NCBI GenBank assembly: GCA_029976695.1
Contig: JARQTN010000084.1
Span: forward strand, 1-63,469
Reading direction: 5' to 3'
DNA length: 63,469 bases
Source of the DNA: Lewinellaceae bacterium
GTDB taxonomy: Bacteria > Bacteroidota > Bacteroidia > Chitinophagales > Saprospiraceae
Within the stretch, counting starts at the first letter, position 1. The number at the start of each line of letters is the position of its first letter. Shown here piece after piece: positions 10,861 through 19,641 of this stretch. Both the position numbers and the translations under genes were made by a program. Below the pieces are notes generated by a model, which did not search any database, was not told the DNA's origin, and was given only the letters and a program-made list of their open reading frames with translations.

Positions 10861-11460
10861 ATGATCCGCAGTAAAGCAGCGCTGATTACCTTTATCCGGA
10901 ATCCCCAGCCCGGCAAAGGGAAAACCAGGATCGCTGCAAAGGTTGGATGGGAGGAAGCCCATCGGATCTATCTTGAACTCCTTGAGGAAACGCGGAGGCT
11001 CTCAGCGTCCTATGCAGGCCCAAAATACCTGTATTATGCTGATTTCATCGACTTCCATGATGGCTGGGACAATGGCGTTTTTCTGAAACGGCTACAGGCA
11101 AAAGGGGATTTAGGCGAGAGAATGTCTGCTGCTTTCAGGGATGTCCTGGGTGAACACACTGCCGCCATCATCATCGGGAGTGACTGTCCTGAAATCCGGA
11201 CGGAAGATCTTGAAGAAACGGACCGGAAACTTGCACAATCTGACCTGGTGATCGGCCCCTCGGAGGATGGAGGGTATTACCTGCTGGGGATGCGGTCATA
11301 TTACCCCCTGCTCTTTTCCGGGATACCCTGGAGCAGTCCCTTGACCTTTGCCAGGACGATGGAAAGGGCAGAGCAATTGAACCTGCACATTGAACGGCTC
11401 AGGCTATTGAATGATATCGATACGATCGAGGATTGGGATCGATGGAAAAGGAAGCCCTGA
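10861..11460 (+). CDS. DUF2064 / TIGR04282-family glycosyltransferase-like protein
   Basis: 199 aa. 'ALITFIRNPQPGKGKTRIAAKVG ... IIIGSDCPEIRTEDLEE ... IGPSEDGGYYLLGM' matches the DUF2064 (GT-A-like) pattern. Start is 3 nt after the adaptor gene's stop. Confidence 0.55.
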   Translation: MIRSKAALITFIRNPQPGKGKTRIAAKVGWEEAHRIYLELLEETRRLSASYAGPKYLYYADFIDFHDGWDNGVFLKRLQAKGDLGERMSAAFRDVLGEHTAAIIIGSDCPEIRTEDLEETDRKLAQSDLVIGPSEDGGYYLLGMRSYYPLLFSGIPWSSPLTFARTMERAEQLNLHIERLRLLNDIDTIEDWDRWKRKP

Positions 11461-11461
11461 A

Positions 11462-12484
11462 CTAACCCTGGGCCTGCGCCTCGATGTAAGCCCTGAGGTC
11501 CTCCATTTGCTGCCGGCTCATTTTCTCGATCGGATAATTGGGCATGTATGCCCGTTTCAGCATCAGGGGTGATGTGCCGTACCTTCCGACCTGGTAGATG
11601 GAGTGCTTTGTGAATTTCGGGAAATGATGTGCCAGGAAGCGGAAAGTCATCTTCTGGTTGTCCAGGACGAAAAAGCTGTATCGTTTGTTCTCGTGGCAAT
11701 GCATGCAGCTCAGGTCATAGATGAGCTTGCCATTGGCTGGATCACCTTCCAGCTGGTTTCCTGTTTTCCTGTCTGCAGGCGGATCCACAAAATGTGCCGG
11801 TGAGTGGTCCAGGTATTTGCTTTTGATCAGGGAAACTGCTTCGTCTCGTCCCGATTGTCCGGAAAGCGCATTTGTGACTACAGCCCTATCCTGATCTGAA
11901 ACTTCCAGGTCGCCAAACTTGAGCTGGATGGTTTGAAAATATGCCAGGATGGACTCCACTTCCCAGTCCTTCAACCGCCGCCCCTGGCTGCATTCTGTGG
12001 CGCAAACCTGGATGGCTTCCCTGATGTTGTGCCTTGCCTGGTCGACCAGCTCACCATACTTTTTTTCATAATCACCATTGTAAAAACTGGTCCTGTTGGA
12101 GATCCCGTAAAAGGTGGTTCCCTGGAGGAACGGGATCTGGTGCTCCGATGCATAGGTGAGCCTGGCTTCGGGATCAGGATCCAGAAGGTTAGGGTCTTCA
12201 CGCACGACGTTGTGGCAGGCAATGCATTCGAAATGCCTGCTAACCCTTTTTCCCTTCTTCCCGTTGGCTTTGATGCCATATCCGTTGAATACAATGCTTT
12301 TTCCAGCCTCTGCCGAGGCATTCCGGACGCTGTGGTCCGGTGCGTGGCTGTCCAGTGAATGGTCACCAAGCTCAGCGAGCAGTTCCCCGACAGGCATTTG
12401 CCCGATTGGTCCCGCCAATTGCCGACCTGGAGATGTCAATCCAAAATAACCAAGGATGATGAGGACAAAGATCAGTCTTGCCAT
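11462..12484 (-). CDS. Di-heme c-type cytochrome, CCP/MauG-like
   Basis: 340 aa. Signal peptide. Two CxxCH motifs (CIACH, CMHCH) about 170 aa apart. C-terminal 'MSRQQMEDLRAYIEAQ' resembles the conserved CCP-family C-terminal helix. Confidence 0.55.
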   Translation of the reverse strand: MARLIFVLIILGYFGLTSPGRQLAGPIGQMPVGELLAELGDHSLDSHAPDHSVRNASAEAGKSIVFNGYGIKANGKKGKRVSRHFECIACHNVVREDPNLLDPDPEARLTYASEHQIPFLQGTTFYGISNRTSFYNGDYEKKYGELVDQARHNIREAIQVCATECSQGRRLKDWEVESILAYFQTIQLKFGDLEVSDQDRAVVTNALSGQSGRDEAVSLIKSKYLDHSPAHFVDPPADRKTGNQLEGDPANGKLIYDLSCMHCHENKRYSFFVLDNQKMTFRFLAHHFPKFTKHSIYQVGRYGTSPLMLKRAYMPNYPIEKMSRQQMEDLRAYIEAQAQG

Positions 12485-12488
12485 AGGA

Positions 12489-13352
12489 TCAAAGGTTGAA
12501 GAGTCTCGATATGGTAAAACCCAACCTGAATTCCCCTTCGCCCCAGTCGGAACGTGTATAGGGGATATAGTCGTTTTCGGAAAGTCCGCGCGCGTTCGTC
12601 AGGTTCAGCTGGAAAACATGGCCGCCCCCGGTCGTCATTTCAAGCCCGACGCCAATCGCCGGGTAGAAGTCATTTTCTGCCGTGCGGTATCCGGACAGGG
12701 GCATATTCACATCTGCGATCAGGCCGAAGAGCCTGCTGATCCGGATGCGGCCGGCGAACCCGATACTGAACAGGTCATTCTCATCCTCTTCGAGTACCTG
12801 GTTGCGATGGGTAAAGCTGGCGAGCGCCTGGAGGGAAAGCCAGCTTGAGAATTTCCTCCCGATGATCAGCTGGCCCGTGGAAACCCAACGATGTGATGCC
12901 TTCTTGAAATTACTGAGTGCCTCGGGGTTTGAGCTGTTTTTCATTGTGCTGTATGAAAAAATGCCAACCAGAACGGCACTTACAGGCGGAGCCTTTGGCC
13001 CAAACTGGTCCATGAACCGCAATTTCCCAAACCCGTTGAGGAACTTGTTGAGCGGGCCCGCACCTTTTGTCCGGCTGATCCCGATATCGAGGTTATTGCT
13101 GATCCCGTATTCCGCCCCGATCAGGATGTCAGCAGCATTTTCAAGTCCGTAGAAAGTCTCCCACCCGCCGGATTCACCAAACATGTCACCGAAACGGTGG
13201 CTGATCCGGAGGTCTAGTTTGCGTTTGGGAAGCATCTCCACAGAGTGGGCATTGATCACCCGCCGGTCCTGGAAGGTCTGGCTTTGGAGTGTTCCGGATT
13301 GCAAAATCCAAACCAAGAAGAAAAGCCCTGAAATGAGATACCCTGTTTTCAT
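12489..13352 (-). CDS. Predicted outer-membrane beta-barrel protein (DUF5777-like), function unknown
   Basis: 287 aa. Signal peptide. Alternating hydrophobic beta-strand pattern. C-terminal 'FRLGFTISRLFNL' ends in an aromatic residue typical of OMPs. 4-nt gap to the cytochrome gene. Confidence 0.4.
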   Translation of the reverse strand: MKTGYLISGLFFLVWILQSGTLQSQTFQDRRVINAHSVEMLPKRKLDLRISHRFGDMFGESGGWETFYGLENAADILIGAEYGISNNLDIGISRTKGAGPLNKFLNGFGKLRFMDQFGPKAPPVSAVLVGIFSYSTMKNSSNPEALSNFKKASHRWVSTGQLIIGRKFSSWLSLQALASFTHRNQVLEEDENDLFSIGFAGRIRISRLFGLIADVNMPLSGYRTAENDFYPAIGVGLEMTTGGGHVFQLNLTNARGLSENDYIPYTRSDWGEGEFRLGFTISRLFNL

Positions 13353-13374
13353 CTGATCCTGTTTATTGTCGTCT

Positions 13375-13782
13375 TTATTCCTCGGGATAGCCTTGTGTGA
13401 GCCAGCAGGTCAGGTCATCGATCTCATCTTGTGTCAGTTCTGTGGGCCCGGTGGCATTCGGGGGTGGCATTTCACGTGTGAGCAGTACACGGCTTTCAAA
13501 CTGGCCGTTGGAAATCCTGCTGATCAGTCCCGCATAAGTCGTAAAATTGCCGGGGTTTCCACTGATCCCGTCATGGCATCCGCTGTACGCACAATTCCGG
13601 TCGATGATCTCCCGCACCTGCTCGTTATAGGTCAATTGCACAGCATCACAATCCAGCCCGTCCGGTTCGGGGACAATCTTGTCATAATTGCACGCCGTAA
13701 GGAACGCAGCAAACAGGAGAAAAATGGCTGCCAGGCAATTTGAATGCTTTATCATGGTGTCGCACATGATCTGTTTCTTCAT
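13375..13782 (-). CDS. Small lipoprotein with PSCyt1-like (Planctomycete-type cytochrome c) domain carrying a CX4CH variant heme motif
   Basis: ORF 13375..13818. Lipobox 'FLLFAAFLTAC'. 'IIDRNCAYSGCHDG...GNFTTYAGLIS...RVLLTREMPPP...LTQDEIDDLTCWLTQGYPE' matches the PF07635 pattern but with C-x4-CH. Start is either 13782 (MKKQIM) or 13755 (MIKHSN). Confidence 0.45.
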   Translation of the reverse strand: MKKQIMCDTMIKHSNCLAAIFLLFAAFLTACNYDKIVPEPDGLDCDAVQLTYNEQVREIIDRNCAYSGCHDGISGNPGNFTTYAGLISRISNGQFESRVLLTREMPPPNATGPTELTQDEIDDLTCWLTQGYPEE

Positions 13783-13889
13783 AGTGGAACAAAAATAACA
13801 GGATTGATCCCGGAACATAATGATTTGTTCTTTGTTTTTACTTTTGCTGACAAAACAGCAATTTGATTAATACAAAATCCAGTTCGCAT

Positions 13890-14306
13890 ATGTATCCAGA
13901 GCAACTTGTACGCCCGATGGCAAAAGATCTCACTGATGTAGGCTTTAAAAGCCTGACTTCTGCAACAGAAGTGGATGATGTCATGAACCAGATGGACGGC
14001 ACTGCACTTCTTGTTGTCAACTCCGTGTGTGGCTGCGCAGCTGCAAATGCACGGCCCGGGGCAAAAATGGCCCTGCAAAATGGCAAGAAACCAGACCAGC
14101 TGTACACTGTTTTTGCCGGGGTTGACAGGGAAGCTACAGACCGGGCAAGGGATTACCTGCTCCCATACCCACCATCATCGCCTTCGATAGCCCTGTTCAA
14201 GGATGGAAAACTCGTCCATTTCCTTGAAAGGCACCATATTGAAGGGAGAAGCGCCGGCATGATCGCAGAAAACCTGGCTGCCGCCTTCGATGCATTCTGT
14301 GAATAG
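13890..14306 (+). CDS. Bacilliredoxin (BrxA/BrxB, YphP/YqiW family)
   Basis: ORF 13863..14306. 'TALLVVNSVCGCAAANARP' CGC active-site motif. The N-terminus aligns from the internal Met (MYPEQLVRPMAKDL). Confidence 0.7.
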   Translation: MYPEQLVRPMAKDLTDVGFKSLTSATEVDDVMNQMDGTALLVVNSVCGCAAANARPGAKMALQNGKKPDQLYTVFAGVDREATDRARDYLLPYPPSSPSIALFKDGKLVHFLERHHIEGRSAGMIAENLAAAFDAFCE

Positions 14307-14366
14307 CGCATCCAGTTCAGAATAAGGAAATACTGAATAACCCGGACCTTTCTCCGGAGAGATCCT

Positions 14367-14990
14367 TTACTTTTCAGAGAACAGGATATTCCTGATGTGC
14401 GTGACTTTTTCAGGTGATTCGAAGTGGATGGTTTGAAAACCCAGTCGTTCAGCAGCCTGAATATTGCGCAATGAATCATCTATGAAGAGGGAAGTGGATG
14501 GATCCAGCCCTGTTCTGTTGATCAGGATCCTGTAGATCCGAGGGTCAGGTTTCCTGCATTTTTCTTCCCCGGATACAATGATATCCTCAAACAATTTCAG
14601 GAAATCGTATTTCTGCCGTGCAATAGGAAAAGTTTCTGCTGACCAGTTGGTGAGTGCATAGAGTCCCCATTTCCCCGCTTCCATGACCTGTTGCACGAGT
14701 TCAAGGGTGGGGCCGATCGGCCCGTTCAGCATTTCCTCCCAGCGTCCATAGAAAGCTTCGATCTCTGTCCTGAACTCCGGAAATGTTGCGATACGCTCGC
14801 TTGTGGCAACCGCCAGCGGCCGGCCAGCATCCTGCTCTTCATTCCAGTCCGGGGTGCAGACCGTTGCCAGGAATTCTTCCATTGTGCTCTCATCATGGAA
14901 GATCTTTCTGTACAAATGGCGAGGATTCCAGTCGATCAGGACGCCGCCCAGGTCAAAGACGATCGAATGGATTTTATCTTTTCTTTTCAT
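14367..14990 (-). CDS. HAD-superfamily hydrolase (subfamily IA-like)
   Basis: 207 aa. 'IVFDLGGVLIDW' motif I. 'LFIDDSLRNI' motif IV. Confidence 0.8.
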   Translation of the reverse strand: MKRKDKIHSIVFDLGGVLIDWNPRHLYRKIFHDESTMEEFLATVCTPDWNEEQDAGRPLAVATSERIATFPEFRTEIEAFYGRWEEMLNGPIGPTLELVQQVMEAGKWGLYALTNWSAETFPIARQKYDFLKLFEDIIVSGEEKCRKPDPRIYRILINRTGLDPSTSLFIDDSLRNIQAAERLGFQTIHFESPEKVTHIRNILFSEK

Positions 14991-15028
14991 GGCTTTACAA
15001 TCAAGCGTTTGGATGCTGTCCGGTTTAT

Positions 15029-15907
15029 TTACCTGCGCATGATATAGACCCCGAAAATAATGAGGATCATGCCCCCGATATGGGCAATTGCGATATTTTC
15101 CCCGTCAATAAAACCCCAGATGAGTGCGGTGACGGGAATGAGGTAAGCAATTGAGGACCCGAATACGGCATCCGTATTCTGGATCAGTTTGAAAAACAGG
15201 ACATTGGCGGTTACGGTTCCAACAAGCGCAAGGATCGAGGCGGCGCCAAATGAAAACCAGGCCTCCTCATGCGTCTGCATCACCGAAACAAAATCTGTCA
15301 TGAACAACCAGATGACCGCCAACCACCCTATGGAGACAAAGCTCAATCCAGTGATCGCGATGGCAGGCAGGTCCTGGCAATATCTTTTGACAATGTTGCT
15401 GCTGAATCCGTAACAAATGGTTCCGATGAGGACAAACAGGGCATAGACATTGAGATTGAACTCCATGGCTTCCGGGTCAAACAGGATGAGGAACATTGCA
15501 CCAAGGAAACCGAGGCCTACCCCAAACATCTGCTTTTTCAGGATAGGCATGGCAAAGAACAGGATCCCCACGATCAGCGTAAAAATGGGTGTCATGCTGT
15601 TCAGGATACCGGTAATACCACTTTCAAGACGGGTCTCGGCAATCGCAAACATGAAGGCCGGAACCCCGCTGCCGGTAATCCCGACAAGTGCGACATATTT
15701 CATGACTTTCCATGGGATGCGGTATTTCATGGCAATCAGTACCGGACTGAATGCCACCGTGGAAATCGTGATACGCAGGCAGGCTACCTGTACCGGGGAA
15801 AAGGCGATCAGGCTCTTTTTGATCAGGATAAACGAACTGCCCCAGACAATGCACAGGAAAAGGAAAATCAGCCAGTTTTGAATGTTGCGTCCCCCGTGAG
15901 TGATCAA
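15029..15907 (-). CDS. DMT superfamily (EamA-like) transporter
   Basis: 292 aa. About 10 predicted TM helices in two EamA-like halves. Confidence 0.75.
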   Translation of the reverse strand: MITHGGRNIQNWLIFLFLCIVWGSSFILIKKSLIAFSPVQVACLRITISTVAFSPVLIAMKYRIPWKVMKYVALVGITGSGVPAFMFAIAETRLESGITGILNSMTPIFTLIVGILFFAMPILKKQMFGVGLGFLGAMFLILFDPEAMEFNLNVYALFVLIGTICYGFSSNIVKRYCQDLPAIAITGLSFVSIGWLAVIWLFMTDFVSVMQTHEEAWFSFGAASILALVGTVTANVLFFKLIQNTDAVFGSSIAYLIPVTALIWGFIDGENIAIAHIGGMILIIFGVYIMRR

Positions 15908-15933
15908 GTTGATGGTTCTTTTTGACTGCTTCT

Positions 15934-17175
15934 TTATTGTGCAGCGGCAAAAGCGTTAACTGCATTCCATACACGCCAGACATTCCTGTAACAGATCTGC
16001 GCAATGTCTTCTTCACTATATCCCCGTTGCAAAAGGACCCGGATCAGGTTCGGGTATTGGCTGACATCCTTCAGTCCGGTTGGCAGGCTGTCGCCAACAC
16101 CATCGAAGTCGCTTCCGAGCCCGACGTGGTCAATACCTGCAAGGGCCACGACGTGGTCGATATGGTCAGCTACGGTTTCGACATCTGCATACAGAACCGG
16201 GTTCTTCTTCCGGAATTTCTCTATGATCGGTTTGGCTGCTTCGTCAGTGGCTTCCAGGTTTTTTTGCTCAAGGATCTTGTTGAGTTCCGCCCTCAATTCT
16301 TCCCTTCTTTTCGCGTATGCACCATCGAGGAAGGAAGACCCGAAATTGATCTGGATGACACCGCCGTTCTTCCCTAATAACCTGATCATGTCATCATCCA
16401 TATTGCGCTCAAAGCCGGGCGTGAATTTCCTGCAGGAGGAATGGGATGCGATCACGGGCACTTTCGAGATTTCCATCACCTGGTAAAACGTCTGATCCGA
16501 CACATGAGAAATATCCACCATGATGCCCACGCGGTTCATTTCTTCCACGACCTTCCTGCCATAAGGACTCAGCCCGCCCCAGGTCCGGGTGTCATCATAA
16601 CTCGAATCACAAATCTGGTTGTCTTTGGAATGGGTCAGTGTGATATACCTGATCCCGCGCTTATGGAAATATGCGACATCATCCAGTTCTTCGATCGGGG
16701 CCCCATTTTCCATCCCCATGGGCAGGGAGATCAGCCCGTGCTCAAAGTTTTGCTCGATTTCCTGTGGTGTGCGGCCATGGCCGAATTTTGAAGGATGTGC
16801 CTCGATGATCCCGTGGACCATGTCGATCAGGGAGTCCGCCACCATTTTTGCGGCACCTTTTTCATCCTGGTAGCTGGCCGGGATAAAAATGGACATGAAT
16901 GGTGCGTCAAGGCCGCCTTCACGGGCCCGGACATAGTCGAAATCACCTTTTTCTGTCTCGATGGGGATGCCGAGGTATTCCCTTTCCAGCCGGAAATTCT
17001 GGACCCTCAGCCGGTAGGGAAGGTCCACATGCCCGTCCGTGATGATGTATTTATGGGCAAGGGACCGGGCCGTCTCCATGGCCGTTTTGTCGATTCGGGT
17101 TTTCGTCATGTTCTTTTGACTATTACAACTGAAAATGAAAATCAGGATTGCCGGTAAAACGATCAGTTTTTTCAT
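15934..17175 (-). CDS. Membrane dipeptidase (peptidase M19 family) lipoprotein
   Basis: 413 aa. Lipoprotein signal (IFIFSCNS). 'ITDGHVDLPYRLR', 'VIASHSSCR' and 'GLGSDFDG' are renal-dipeptidase-family motifs. Confidence 0.8.
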   Translation of the reverse strand: MKKLIVLPAILIFIFSCNSQKNMTKTRIDKTAMETARSLAHKYIITDGHVDLPYRLRVQNFRLEREYLGIPIETEKGDFDYVRAREGGLDAPFMSIFIPASYQDEKGAAKMVADSLIDMVHGIIEAHPSKFGHGRTPQEIEQNFEHGLISLPMGMENGAPIEELDDVAYFHKRGIRYITLTHSKDNQICDSSYDDTRTWGGLSPYGRKVVEEMNRVGIMVDISHVSDQTFYQVMEISKVPVIASHSSCRKFTPGFERNMDDDMIRLLGKNGGVIQINFGSSFLDGAYAKRREELRAELNKILEQKNLEATDEAAKPIIEKFRKKNPVLYADVETVADHIDHVVALAGIDHVGLGSDFDGVGDSLPTGLKDVSQYPNLIRVLLQRGYSEEDIAQICYRNVWRVWNAVNAFAAAQ

Positions 17176-17199
17176 GTCGCACTTGAATGAGGGCTCAAA

Positions 17200-17232
17200 T
17201 TAAAAAAAATGGCCGGCGTTGAAGCCAGCCAT
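17200..17232 (-). terminator. Rho-independent terminator downstream of the flotillin gene
   Basis: On the minus strand: ggcuggcuucaacgccggcc hairpin (one G-U wobble) followed by a U8 tract. Confidence 0.45.
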
Positions 17233-17253
17233 GGATATGAGATTCTCCCGAAA

Positions 17254-18669
17254 TCAGGACTCTTCGGATACTTCGGCATCCTCCGTTTTGGTATCTTCCT
17301 TCTTGCCCAAATAGGCAGGCAGGTCCATGCCGGCCATATTGAACAGGTCATTCATCGGGGGGACGGAGCGGTACAGGCCGGAGATGAATTTGGCAGTTGA
17401 GTTTGCTTCTCCATCCTGCTGGTTTCCGCCTTCCCAAACCGTGACCTTGTCGATCTTGATATTCTTGATCGCTTCGACCTGGGTTTTGACAAGTTCCGGC
17501 AATTTGTCTGCGATCAGCATGAGCACAGCTTCCCTGGGATTGCCATTCGTCGCTTTCACGATTTCATCAAATCCGTCTGCCTGCTTCTGCAGGATCGCAT
17601 AGAGCCCTTGTGCTTCAGCTTCCTTCTGCATCAGGATCGCGTCAGCCTGGCCGCGGGCAAGACGTCTGATCCGCTCGGCTTCAGCTTCCGCATCGATTTC
17701 CTTCTTCCTCTTTTCAATCTCTGAATCCACAATCGCATCCGCTTCCTGCCTTGCCTTTTCTTTAGCGGCGCGCGCAAGTTCAGCCTCTTTTTCAGCCAGG
17801 TAAGCCTCCCGCAAGGCTTCCGCTGCCTGGATCTTTTCAGATGCGGTGGCCAGTCTCAATGCCTCGGCTTCCCGCTGCCTCCGCTCTGCATCAGACCTGG
17901 CAATTTTAATCTTTGCTTCGTTCTCCCCGTCGATCGATTTGGCATGGGCTTCAGCCTCACCAATCTTTGCCTCGGCATCTGCGTTGCTCACCTGGATGCG
18001 CATGTCCTTGTGGGCGATGGATTCGCCGATATTCCCATCCCGGTTCTTTTCAGCCACACTCTTTTTGGCATCGTTGATCGCCTTGGCGGCAGCTTCCTTT
18101 CCGAGCGCTTCGATATATCCGGACTCGTCCTGGATGTCTGTCACGTTCACGTTGATCAGTGTCAACCCGATCTTCCTGAGTTCGGTGCCTACATTTGACG
18201 AAACATTGTGCAAGAACTTGTCTCTGTCGGCATTGATTTCTTCAATGTCCATCGTGGCAACGACAAGGCGGAGCTGGCCGAAAATGATGTCCTTTGCGAT
18301 GTGCATGATATCCTCACCGGATTTCCCGAGGAGCCTTTCCGCTGCGTTTTCCATCACACCGGGCTCGTTGGACACAGCCACGGTAAACCGTGAAGGTACC
18401 GCAACCCGGATGTTTTGCTTGCTCAGCGCACCGTGCAGGTCCACATCGATCGAGATCGGGGCCAGGTCAAGGTATTCATAGTCCTGGATGACCGGCCAGA
18501 CAAAGGCTGCACCCCCTGCAAGGCAACGGGCTGAAGCTCCGCTGCCCGTTTTTCCATAGATCACAAGGATCCGGTCAGACGGGCACCTCTTGTATCTTGT
18601 AACCAGGAAAAGCAGCATGACAAAGACGAGCCCGACGAGACCTGCTGCCAATATTACGATTTGTTCCAT
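17254..18669 (-). CDS. Flotillin / SPFH (band-7) family protein, YqiK-like
   Basis: 471 aa. N-terminal TM. SPFH domain. Long Ala/Glu-rich coiled coil (EAEAHAKSIDGENEAKIKIARSDAERRQREAEALR...). Confidence 0.85.
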   Translation of the reverse strand: MEQIVILAAGLVGLVFVMLLFLVTRYKRCPSDRILVIYGKTGSGASARCLAGGAAFVWPVIQDYEYLDLAPISIDVDLHGALSKQNIRVAVPSRFTVAVSNEPGVMENAAERLLGKSGEDIMHIAKDIIFGQLRLVVATMDIEEINADRDKFLHNVSSNVGTELRKIGLTLINVNVTDIQDESGYIEALGKEAAAKAINDAKKSVAEKNRDGNIGESIAHKDMRIQVSNADAEAKIGEAEAHAKSIDGENEAKIKIARSDAERRQREAEALRLATASEKIQAAEALREAYLAEKEAELARAAKEKARQEADAIVDSEIEKRKKEIDAEAEAERIRRLARGQADAILMQKEAEAQGLYAILQKQADGFDEIVKATNGNPREAVLMLIADKLPELVKTQVEAIKNIKIDKVTVWEGGNQQDGEANSTAKFISGLYRSVPPMNDLFNMAGMDLPAYLGKKEDTKTEDAEVSEES

Positions 18670-18811
18670 ATGTTGATTTTTTTTGGTAAATGAATTTCAC
18701 GTTCAGGTGATTGGAATTGTACTTCTAAAGATAGTCAATCATTGTCTTTCAGTCACAATTACGAATTGAATCCTCCTGTATTCGGTTCCGCGACCTTTCC
18801 AGAATTCGACG

Positions 18812-18823
18812 AAATTCCGGAAT
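18812..18823. promoter_or_regulatory. Perfect 12-bp palindrome aattccggaatt in the divergent flotillin/NfeD intergenic region (candidate operator)
   Basis: Read directly. It is flanked by gaattcgacgaaattc half-site repeats and by a second inverted repeat aaatgaaa-N6-tttcattt at about 18832..18853. Confidence 0.3.
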
Positions 18824-18964
18824 TCCAAGAAAAATGAAACGAGAATTTCATTTGCGCAGATATTTGCCGATATTTCAACAGATTTGGTCGACCCTGTAGA
18901 TCTGGTCGACCGGGTATTGCATACATTTATATGTGGATTTCCGATTACAATAGAGCTCGATAAA

Positions 18965-19579
18965 ATGGGAGATTGGTGGGATTTGTTATCCGGCGCTGAA
19001 AAGGTATTTTGGGCAATTGCGATCGTATCATCGTTGCTCTTCCTGATCCAGTTCATTCTGAATATTATCGGACTGGATGCGGATACGGACGTCGATTTTG
19101 ATGTCAGTGCCGATGCTGACCTGGATCCGGGTTTCTCACTCGACGCAGATTTTTCCCTGTTATCCATCCGGAGCATTATTGCCTTTTTTACCTTTTTTGG
19201 CTGGGCAGGGGTGATGACCCTGGGCAATGGGGGAGGCGTGATCGTGGCCCTCACATTTGCGACACTGGCCGGCTTTACCGCGATGTTTGTCGTCGCCTAT
19301 ATGATGTACAAGTTCTCACAGCTTGATACGTCAAAGACAGTAGATGTACGGCATGCCATCGAGCAGACGGGTGAGGTGTATCTCACCATTCCGGAACAAT
19401 CCACGGGGACCGGCCTGATCCACCTGAAAGTGGACGGGGCCGTCAGGGAATTTCAGGCGACCACGCATGGAAAGGCACTCCCGACCGGGGCCCCTGTGAA
19501 AGTGGTTGATGTGCTGGAAAACAATATTCTTCTCGTGGAAAATGCACCTGCACTGTCAGCCGGTGAGGAAAACACGTAA
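18965..19579 (+). CDS. NfeD-family membrane protein (YqiJ-like, flotillin-associated), with C-terminal OB-fold
   Basis: ORF 18884..19579, with the probable start at the internal Met (MGDWWDLLSG). Asp-rich linker 'DADTDVDFDVSADADLDPGFSLDADF'. TM helices. C-terminal 'GTGLIHLKVDGAVREFQATT...VKVVDVLENNILLVE' is an NfeD OB-fold. Confidence 0.7.
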   Translation: MGDWWDLLSGAEKVFWAIAIVSSLLFLIQFILNIIGLDADTDVDFDVSADADLDPGFSLDADFSLLSIRSIIAFFTFFGWAGVMTLGNGGGVIVALTFATLAGFTAMFVVAYMMYKFSQLDTSKTVDVRHAIEQTGEVYLTIPEQSTGTGLIHLKVDGAVREFQATTHGKALPTGAPVKVVDVLENNILLVENAPALSAGEENT

Positions 19580-19641
19580 TCTGTTAGCCTGGGCGTGATT
19601 CATCATGAAATGTTGAATGCTCTTGTGCAGAATCTGTACTT

